64,000 bases of DNA from Deltaproteobacteria bacterium. GTDB lineage: Bacteria > Myxococcota_A > Polyangia > Polyangiales > Houyiibacteriaceae. Below, piece by piece: positions 53,843 to 60,980 of this stretch. A model generated the notes under the pieces. The model searched no databases and was not told where the DNA came from. It worked only from the letters and a program-made list of their open reading frames with translations. A program made the translations under genes and the position numbers. The stretch spans positions 96,001 to 160,000 of the forward strand of contig JAXMNT010000009.1 of the NCBI GenBank assembly GCA_034670305.1. Reading direction: 5' to 3'. Numbering within the stretch: the stretch's first letter is position 1; each line of letters begins with the position of its first letter.

Positions 53843-54148
53843 TCAGTGCTTCAAGGTGTCCGCGGTGTCCGTGTCCACAGATTTGTGGAGGCGGAACAAC
53901 GCGATGAGGATCGCGAGCCCGACGGCAGCTTCTGCCGCGGCGATCGCGATGACAAAGAACGAGAAAATCTGGCCGACGTGGTTGTCCACGTGCAGCCGGT
54001 TCACCGCGACGAGCACGATGTTCACCGAGTTGAGCATCAATTCGATGCTCATGAGCTGGATCAGCGCGTTGCGCCGAACGAGAAAACCGATGGCGCCGAT
54101 GCCGAAGAGCAACGAGGCCAAGGTCAGGTAAGCGTTGAGATCGACCAT
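53843..54148 (-). CDS. nuoK: NADH-quinone oxidoreductase subunit K
   Basis: RRNALIQLMSIELMLN, AAAEAAVGLA. Confidence 0.97.
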   Translation of the reverse strand: MVDLNAYLTLASLLFGIGAIGFLVRRNALIQLMSIELMLNSVNIVLVAVNRLHVDNHVGQIFSFFVIAIAAAEAAVGLAILIALFRLHKSVDTDTADTLKH

Positions 54149-54714
54149 CAGGCTGCCTTCTCGATCTGCGCGCGGCGCTCACGCGCTTCGCTGAGTTCCT
54201 TGGCGGTCTTGGTGCGGGCGACCGCGAGCGCGCCAACGATGGCGACGAGCAGGGTGATCGACACGACCTCGAAGGGCACGAGGGACTGCCGGTAGAGCGC
54301 CTCGCCGACCACCTGGGTGCTGCCGAAGCCCTCGGGTGTGGCGACGTACTGCGCGCTCACGTCCACGAGCGTGAACGCGAGCGTGGCGGTGAACATGCCC
54401 ATGCCCGCCAAGCTGAGCATGCGGACCATCAGGTGGCGTCCACCAGCGGTTGCATCGTTGCTGCCTTCGGACGACGGTCCGATCAGCATGATGACGAAGA
54501 TGAAGAGGACCACGACCGCGCCCGCGTAGACGAGCAGCTGGATGGCAGCCAGGAGTTGTGCGCTCAGGCCGAGGTACAAGCCCGCGATCGCGATGATCGT
54601 GACGAGCAAGGAGACCGCCGCGCGCAGCGGACGCCGAGCGGCGACCGTGCCGATGGCACCCAACACGGAGACCACCGCGCAGACCAAGAAGAGAACGAAG
54701 CCAGCCGTACTCAT
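54148..54714 (-). CDS. nuoJ: NADH-quinone oxidoreductase subunit J
   Basis: AAIQLLVYAGAVVVLFIFVIML, PFEVVSITLLVAIVGA; ATGA overlap with nuoF. Confidence 0.95.
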   Translation of the reverse strand: MSTAGFVLFLVCAVVSVLGAIGTVAARRPLRAAVSLLVTIIAIAGLYLGLSAQLLAAIQLLVYAGAVVVLFIFVIMLIGPSSEGSNDATAGGRHLMVRMLSLAGMGMFTATLAFTLVDVSAQYVATPEGFGSTQVVGEALYRQSLVPFEVVSITLLVAIVGALAVARTKTAKELSEARERRAQIEKAA

Positions 54715-56165
54715 GCCGCTTTTCCGCCTTCCGACTTCTTCACAAGGGCGCGCGCGCTGTCGTCGTGCCGCGCTTCGAGCGGCGCACCGCGTTCCGCGGC
54801 TTCGATGAACTCGTCGCGGAACTTCTGAACGAAGCCCAGCATCGGCATCGCCGTTCCGTCCGCGAACGCGCAGATCGTGTTGCCCATCATGTTGTTTGCG
54901 ATGTCCACCAAGAGGTGCACGTCTTCGACTTTGCCGCGGCCGGTGCAGAGGCCGTCGAGCACGTCGACGAGCCAGCCGCAGCCTTCGCGGCAGGGCGTGC
55001 ACTGCCCGCACGACTCGTGTTTGTAGAACCGCATCAGGTTGCGGCAGGCCTCGACCATGTTGACCGAGTCGTCCATGACGATGGCGCAACAGGTGCCGAG
55101 CATGGTGCCGAGCGCACGGTAGGTGTCGACGCCCATGGGCACGTCGATTTCGCTCTTGCCGTGCCAGGCGTGGAGCGGGTGGTCCTCGTTCGGCGCGTCG
55201 ACCAACAGATCGGGCCGGAGCACCGGGGTCGACGAGCCACCCGGAATCACGGCCTTCAGCGGGCGGCTGTCGTCCAGCATGCCTCCGCCGTAGACCTCGA
55301 TGAGTTCGCGCATCGTGATGCCGACGGGCGCTTCGTACACGCCGGGCGCCTTCACGTGTCCGCTGATGCCGTAGAGGCGCAGTCCACCGTCCGCGGGCGG
55401 GCCGCCGTCTGTGCCCTCGAAGCGGCTGAGCTTCGCCCAGGCTTCTCCGCCCATCTCGACGATGTCGGGGACCGAGGCGATCGTCTCGACGTTGTTCACG
55501 ATCGTGGGCATGTCGAACGCGCCCTTGATCGCGGGGAAGGGCGGCTTGAGGCGGGGTTCGCCGCGGCGCCCCTCGAGGCTGTTGAGCAGCGCGGTCTCTT
55601 CGCCGCAGATGTAGGCGCCGGCCCCGGTGTGGGTCCAGATGCGGACCGGGTGGTTCTTGCCGAAGGGACGTTCGCCGACGTAGCCCTTGGCGCGGGCCTC
55701 CGCGAGGGCGTCGTCCAGGAACTTGATGGAGTGCGCCAGCTCACCGCGGACGTAGATCCAGCAGTCGTGGGCACCGATCGCGAAGCAGCTCAGGAGGATG
55801 CCTTCGATGAGCCGGTGCGGATCCTCGTTCATGAGGGTCCGGTCTTTGAACGTGCCGGGCTCGCTCTCATCCGCATTGATGACGAGGTAGACGCTCTCGC
55901 CCTCTTTGGGGTTGAGGAAGCTCCACTTGCGACCGGCCGGGAAGCCCGCCCCACCGCGACCGCGGATGGAGGCCTTCAGGACCTCATCCTTGATCTTGTC
56001 GGCCGTGAGCAGCCCAGCGAACGCCTTCTTCGCCAACGCGTACGCCCCGTGTTTCTCGGCGACCGCAAGGGTGTGGGCGTCGTCGATGTCGTACCGGGCG
56101 GTGAGCAGTTTCTTCTCGCACTTCGGAGGAAGTGCGTCCGGCGTGGTCGAGTCTTCGTCACTCAT
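54711..56165 (-). CDS. nuoF: NADH-quinone oxidoreductase subunit F
   Basis: RGRGGAGFP.GRKW, NADESEPGTFKDR, GAGAYICGEETAL, ESCGQCTPCREG, TICAFAD. Confidence 0.97.
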   Translation of the reverse strand: MSDEDSTTPDALPPKCEKKLLTARYDIDDAHTLAVAEKHGAYALAKKAFAGLLTADKIKDEVLKASIRGRGGAGFPAGRKWSFLNPKEGESVYLVINADESEPGTFKDRTLMNEDPHRLIEGILLSCFAIGAHDCWIYVRGELAHSIKFLDDALAEARAKGYVGERPFGKNHPVRIWTHTGAGAYICGEETALLNSLEGRRGEPRLKPPFPAIKGAFDMPTIVNNVETIASVPDIVEMGGEAWAKLSRFEGTDGGPPADGGLRLYGISGHVKAPGVYEAPVGITMRELIEVYGGGMLDDSRPLKAVIPGGSSTPVLRPDLLVDAPNEDHPLHAWHGKSEIDVPMGVDTYRALGTMLGTCCAIVMDDSVNMVEACRNLMRFYKHESCGQCTPCREGCGWLVDVLDGLCTGRGKVEDVHLLVDIANNMMGNTICAFADGTAMPMLGFVQKFRDEFIEAAERGAPLEARHDDSARALVKKSEGGKAA

Positions 56166-56662
56166 GAAGCCGTCTCCGCGCGGCTCTGGCCACGGTAGGA
56201 TTCGAGGATCGCGTCGATGCGCTCGAACGTGAGATTCTCGTGGTAGTCGTCGTCGATCTGCACCATCGGGGCTTGTCCGCAGGCGGCAAGGCACTCTGCT
56301 TTGAGCAGCGTGAACTTCCCGTCCTTCGACGTGCCACCAGGGTGGCAGCCCAGCGTCTCTTCCAGATGCTCCTGGATCGCTTTCGCGCCGCGCAGGTCAC
56401 AAGACAACGTTCGGCACACGTAGATGACGTGTTCGCCGACCGGTTGCTGGAAGAACATCGTGTAGAACGTGACAACGCCCTTCACGATCGCGGTGGAGAG
56501 CTCGAGCCGGCTGGCGACGAACTGAATTACTTCGGGGCTGACCCAGCCATGTTGGCGTTGGCAGATCCAAAGGACCGGGATGAGCGCTGCCCGCCGCGTC
56601 GGGTAGTGGGTCAGCAGCTCATCGACTTCTTTATCCCGCTGTGGGGTGAGGGCGAAGGCCAT
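56162..56662 (-). CDS. nuoE: NADH-quinone oxidoreductase subunit E
   Basis: VVTFYTMF, VCRTLSC, ECLAACGQAP. Confidence 0.96.
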   Translation of the reverse strand: MAFALTPQRDKEVDELLTHYPTRRAALIPVLWICQRQHGWVSPEVIQFVASRLELSTAIVKGVVTFYTMFFQQPVGEHVIYVCRTLSCDLRGAKAIQEHLEETLGCHPGGTSKDGKFTLLKAECLAACGQAPMVQIDDDYHENLTFERIDAILESYRGQSRAETAS

Positions 56663-56906
56663 GATTTCCTGCCTCACACGGCGTTTTTCCCCGTCGCAAG
56701 GCGAGCGGACGCTAGGCGGGAGGCGGCCATCTGTCAAGCGAGGTCGGAGCGGGCGAAGATGGCGGCAAACGTTGGAGAAAGTCCGTTTCGCACCGGCGCA
56801 TTTTCGAGTAGGGTACGCCAGCCTGGAGTGCTGCGTCCGTACCGACCGGTTCTCCCATGCGATTACCGCCGATTGACCAAACTCGGCGAGATGAAGAGGG
56901 GATTCG

Positions 56907-58358
56907 GTGACCGTCTACTGTCCGAACTGCGGAAAGCCCAATACGGATGAGGCCGCAACATGTGTCTCTTGTCAGACCCAGCTCAAGAAAGCTGCGCCTG
57001 GCAAGGCCAAGTTTAAGGGAACGATGATGATGTCAGGACTGTCCGCTCCGGCGGCACCCCCCGGTGGCGCTGCTCCGCCCGCTGGCGCACCGCCTGCGGC
57101 TGCCGCTCCTCCCAAGAAAGACATGGCGTTTCAGGCGACCATGCTGGGTCCGATGACCCCGCCGGCAGGCGCTCCTGGTGCGGCTCCGGCAGGCGCGCCG
57201 GCAGGTGCCCCCGCGGGTGCCCCGCCGGCAGGTGGTGGATTCGGCGCCGCACCCGCTGCAGGCGGTTTCGGCGCGGCCCCGGCCGCGCCGCCTGCCGGTG
57301 CACCGGCAGGCGGCGCGCCCGCAGGTGGTGGCTTCGGAGCGCCTCCCGAGTCGGCCCCCGCGGGCGGTGGATTCGGAGCGCCCCCCGGTGGCGCACCCGC
57401 AGGCGGTGCTCCCGCCGGTGGGTTCGGAGCGCCTCCCGGTGGCGCACCCGCAGGCGGTGCCCCGGCCGGTGGGTTCGGAGCGCCCGCAGGAGGCGCGCCC
57501 GCCGGTGGCGCGCCCGCAGGCGGTGGATTCGGATCGCCCGCCGGTGGTGCGCCCGCAGGCGGCGCGCCCGCAGGTGGCGCGCCCGCCGGTGGTGGTTTCG
57601 GTGCCCCGGCGGAAGCGTCCGGTGGCTTCGGGCAACCGCCCGGTGGCGGAGCCCCTCCCGGCGGCGGATTCGGTGGCCCTCCTGGCGGCGCACCGCCCGG
57701 TGGCGGCGCACCTCCCGGCGGCGGTGGTTTCGGTGGTCCCCCCGCAGGCGGTCCGCCGGCCGGTGGACCTCCCGGCGGTGGCTTCGGCGGTGGCGTGCCT
57801 CCGAGCGCTGGCGGTGGCGGTCCCCCCATGGCGACCCCGCCCCAGAAGAGCAAAGCCGGCATGTGGATCGGCATCGGCGTCGGGTGCCTCGTGCTCCTCT
57901 TCGCGGTGGTCTTCGGAACCTGCTGGTGGTGCAAGAGCAAAGCGGAGCAGTTCGGCGAAGAGCTCGGTGAAGGCATGGGCGGACTGGGTGGCGAACTGAC
58001 CCGCATCTCGCTCGGATTCCAACTGAGCGGCATCAAGATGAGCTGCGCCGGCGATCCCTCGGGCGCCGCTGCAGCGAACTACTTCCATCCGCAGGTCTTC
58101 GCCCAGAACCAGGCCGCTGCGTGCCAGGTCACGGACGCCACGCTCCAAGCGATGGGCCGCTCCTGCAACACGGGACAGGTTCCCTGTTCCGCGGTGACCA
58201 ACATCACGACGACCCCAGATGCCAGCCGCGCGACTTCGCTCGGCCTCGATGGCAACCAGTGCTGGGTCTACACCTCGGGCTCCGCGAAGATCATCGGCTG
58301 TCAGACGCCGACCGGGTTCAAGCTGATCCATCTCGAGAACCCAGGCGCCGTCCAGTAG
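56907..58358 (+). CDS. Zinc-ribbon protein with Gly/Pro/Ala-rich GGFG-repeat linker, single TM and Cys-rich C-terminal domain
   Basis: CPNC...CVSC; about 12 GGFG motifs; TM MWIGIGVGCLVLLFAVVFG. Confidence 0.8.
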   Translation: MTVYCPNCGKPNTDEAATCVSCQTQLKKAAPGKAKFKGTMMMSGLSAPAAPPGGAAPPAGAPPAAAAPPKKDMAFQATMLGPMTPPAGAPGAAPAGAPAGAPAGAPPAGGGFGAAPAAGGFGAAPAAPPAGAPAGGAPAGGGFGAPPESAPAGGGFGAPPGGAPAGGAPAGGFGAPPGGAPAGGAPAGGFGAPAGGAPAGGAPAGGGFGSPAGGAPAGGAPAGGAPAGGGFGAPAEASGGFGQPPGGGAPPGGGFGGPPGGAPPGGGAPPGGGGFGGPPAGGPPAGGPPGGGFGGGVPPSAGGGGPPMATPPQKSKAGMWIGIGVGCLVLLFAVVFGTCWWCKSKAEQFGEELGEGMGGLGGELTRISLGFQLSGIKMSCAGDPSGAAAANYFHPQVFAQNQAAACQVTDATLQAMGRSCNTGQVPCSAVTNITTTPDASRATSLGLDGNQCWVYTSGSAKIIGCQTPTGFKLIHLENPGAVQ

Positions 58359-58372
58359 GTCGGCCCACACTT

Positions 58373-58410
58373 CGATGAGAAGGCGTCCCTCGGGGCGCCT
58401 TTTCTCGTTT
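58373..58410 (+). terminator. Intrinsic terminator
   Basis: GAGAAGGCGTCCC-TCG-GGGCGCCTTTTCTC followed by T residues. Confidence 0.8.
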
Positions 58411-58549
58411 ATCGACGCGGCGAAGCCGAGCGAAGCGAGCACGCCGTGTCACCGGGACGGGGTTTGGGGGCCGTGCCCCCAAGAATATTCGACGCGGTGA
58501 AGCCGAGCGACACCAGGACGGGGTTTGGGGGCCGTGCCCCCAAGAATGT
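58410..58549. repeat. Two tandem copies of REP-like element X
   Basis: Share TCGAC...GCGAAGCGAGC...GTGTCACCGGGACGGGGTTTGGGGGC.GTGCCCCCAAGAA with 7809-7889; the second copy is internally shortened. Confidence 0.9.
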
Positions 58550-59230
58550 TCAGTCGGGGGCGCGGTAGCCGACGCCGAAGACCGTCTTGATCGGATCGAC
58601 GTCGCAGACGCGGAACTTCCGCCGGATGCGCCGGACGTGGGTGTCGATGGTGCGTGCGGTCACGTGGTTGTCGAACGGGTACGCCCGCTGCATCAGTTGT
58701 TCTCTGCTCAGTACGATTCCCGGCCGTTCGTAGAGGGCCTGCAGCACCCCGAACTCGGTGGCGGTCAGTTCGATGGTCTGGTCCCCGCAGCGAACGTCGT
58801 GGCAGTCGATGTCGATGCGCACCGAACCGTGTTTGAGGACCCGGGTGGTGGTTCGCTGGGTGTCGTCGCTCCGGCGCAAGATCGCCTTGATCCGGGCCAC
58901 GAGTTCGCGAGGGGAAAACGGCTTGGTCAGGTAGTCGTCGCCCCCGAGCTCGAGGCCGAGCACCCGATCGATCTCTTCGCTCCGGGCGGAGAGAAACAGA
59001 ATCGGGATCGAGATGGAGTCTTGCCGCATCCGGCGGCAGACCTCGAGTCCGTCGATCCCAGGCATCATCACGTCGAGCACGATCAGATCGAACGCGGTCT
59101 GCTTCTTCACCTGGTCGAGCGCGCCGGCCCCATCGGACACGCTGGTCACCGCGAAACCTGCGCGTTCGAGTGCGTACTGGACGACCTCTCGAATGCGCGC
59201 TTCGTCGTCGGCGATCAGAACGTGGGGCAT
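58550..59230 (-). CDS. OmpR-family response regulator (REC + winged helix)
   Basis: LIADDE, VLDVMMPGIDG, GGDDYLTKPFSPREL, LTATEF, RTIDTHVRRIRRK, TVFGVGY. Confidence 0.95.
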   Translation of the reverse strand: MPHVLIADDEARIREVVQYALERAGFAVTSVSDGAGALDQVKKQTAFDLIVLDVMMPGIDGLEVCRRMRQDSISIPILFLSARSEEIDRVLGLELGGDDYLTKPFSPRELVARIKAILRRSDDTQRTTTRVLKHGSVRIDIDCHDVRCGDQTIELTATEFGVLQALYERPGIVLSREQLMQRAYPFDNHVTARTIDTHVRRIRRKFRVCDVDPIKTVFGVGYRAPD

Positions 59231-59279
59231 CGCGGAATCCTACGTCGAGTGGCCCCAGGTCTGCCCTCTGCGCGCAGGC

Positions 59280-59642
59280 TCACGTGACGAACTTCACCGC
59301 TTCACGCGGGTCCGCGGTCACCACCTCGACTTCGGAGGAGGAACCCACTCGGGTGTGGTGTTGCTGCATGGCGATGGTCGGACTGCTCGCGAGCACGACG
59401 AGGCCCTGACACGCCTCGCTCCTCAGGCAGCGCTGCTTGAGGCCGCGAAACCGCTCCACCACATCTTCTTCGAGGGGCACCAGGTCGCGCAGATCGAACA
59501 GCGCTCGGAACGTTGCTCCGCCACTGGCGGTCAGCGCGTCTTCGAGCGCTGCGCTCAGATCGCGCACGTCCCGCTGGGTCAGTCGGTCGCACACCCGCAC
59601 CGTGAGCCGAGACGAATCGGGCTCATACTCCACGCGCCACAC
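59280..59642 (-). CDS. STAS/SpoIIAA-like small protein
   Basis: RALFDLRDL..., VVLASS, ending DPREAVKFV. Confidence 0.65.
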   Translation of the reverse strand: MWRVEYEPDSSRLTVRVCDRLTQRDVRDLSAALEDALTASGGATFRALFDLRDLVPLEEDVVERFRGLKQRCLRSEACQGLVVLASSPTIAMQQHHTRVGSSSEVEVVTADPREAVKFVT

Positions 59643-59662
59643 CGGGCGAGTCTAGCAGGGTC

Positions 59663-59763
59663 GTCCGGCCGGTGCGCGGTCACCCAAGCGGAGTCTCGTT
59701 GGCCTGGTCGTGTCCGGCCGGTGCGCGGTCACCCAAGCGGAGTCTCGTTGGCCTGGTCGTGTC
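59663..59763. repeat. Exact 49-nt tandem duplication
   Basis: GTCCGGCCGGTGCGCGGTCACCCAAGCGGAGTCTCGTTGGCCTGGTCGT twice. Confidence 0.95.
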
Positions 59764-59777
59764 GTTCAGCAGTCCGC

Positions 59778-59810
59778 GGGCAAGGGCAGGGGCAAGGGCA
59801 CGGGCAAGGG
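59778..59810. repeat. (GGGCAA)n tract
   Basis: gggcaagggcaggggcaagggcacgggcaaggg. Confidence 0.92.
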
Positions 59811-59829
59811 TAGAACGCCCTTGGGCGTT

Positions 59830-60786
59830 CTAGTCGACCTTGAGGTACCCGGCCTTGATCAGCTTCACGAGGATGCCGCTCGTCTCGAGGTCGCTCGCGA
59901 GACTCTTGTTCAGCACCGCTTCGACGTGGGCGTAGTTGTGCGCGAGCTGGAGGACGTCGAGTTCGTCGGGCGCGAGTTCACGCAGCGGAGGAATCAAGGG
60001 TGAGGCCAACGTGACGCTCGAGGAGAGGGGCGGCATGTCGGGCCCGAGCCGGCGGACTTCGTCGAGCTGCCGCATCGCCTCCATGAGCAACCCTTCGGTG
60101 CTCATCTCGATCGGGTCGAGGAACTCCCGATCCTCGGGCGCGGCCATGTCGAAGGTGCCTTCGGTCCAGGTGATGATCCGGTAGAAGCTCTTCACCGGCG
60201 ACACGTCGTAGTTGTCGTTGATGACGGAGAACACGACGCGGCCCTTGTCGAGGAAGATCTTGCCGGTGTCGTTGTCCGTGCGAACCACGAGGGTGCCGCT
60301 CTTCTTACTCGCGCTGAACAGCTGCAGGAGATCGGGCAGCGGCACCTCACCGATGGAGCCCGTCATGGTGCGCACCTGCGAGGTGCGCTTTCCGGCCGCC
60401 ACATCTTCGAGATGCGCCTTGGCTTCGTCGAGCGACGCGGGTCCTTCGGTCGCGATGACCTTGATGATGCTGGTCCCGATGAGGATGCGATCCCCTTCGT
60501 TCAGCCGGGCGCGTTTGATCTTCTCGCCGTTGACGAAACTGCCGTTCGTCGACCCGAGGTCCTGGATGAAGATCTGGTCGTTCGTGACCGTGATCTTGGC
60601 GTGGCGGCGCGAGACCATGTCCTCGACGAGCACCATGTCGAGTTCGCTCGAGCGACCGATCACGATCTCCCCCTCCTCGGGCAACGGGAATTCGCCACCT
60701 TGGTATTTGCCGGAGATGAAACGCAGCGCGAACGACCGAGCGGAGCGGTGTTGGGGCGGCGACATCTTGGGGGACGGAGGCTCCAT
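59830..60786 (-). CDS. FHA domain + DUF4388 protein
   Basis: IVIGRSSELD, VSRRHA, DLGSTNGSFVNG; then MTGSIGEVPLPDLLQL..KKSGTL, ITWTEGTF, STEGLLMEAMRQLDE. Confidence 0.92.
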   Translation of the reverse strand: MEPPSPKMSPPQHRSARSFALRFISGKYQGGEFPLPEEGEIVIGRSSELDMVLVEDMVSRRHAKITVTNDQIFIQDLGSTNGSFVNGEKIKRARLNEGDRILIGTSIIKVIATEGPASLDEAKAHLEDVAAGKRTSQVRTMTGSIGEVPLPDLLQLFSASKKSGTLVVRTDNDTGKIFLDKGRVVFSVINDNYDVSPVKSFYRIITWTEGTFDMAAPEDREFLDPIEMSTEGLLMEAMRQLDEVRRLGPDMPPLSSSVTLASPLIPPLRELAPDELDVLQLAHNYAHVEAVLNKSLASDLETSGILVKLIKAGYLKVD

Positions 60787-60980
60787 GTGGGAGATGCGTG
60801 GGGCCGATGAGGGCCACGCGAGGGGGGTAGGCTAGGTCGTTGGAGCCAGCGCGGTCAAGGTTTGCTGGTGCCTGGATGCACGGTCATGTCCCTGAAATCA
60901 TGAGAGACCCCCGGACGGCCAAGGGGAGGGCGCACCACCTCACACGATGGCCGAGGCCGCCAGCCGTGGTAGAGGTAGAC

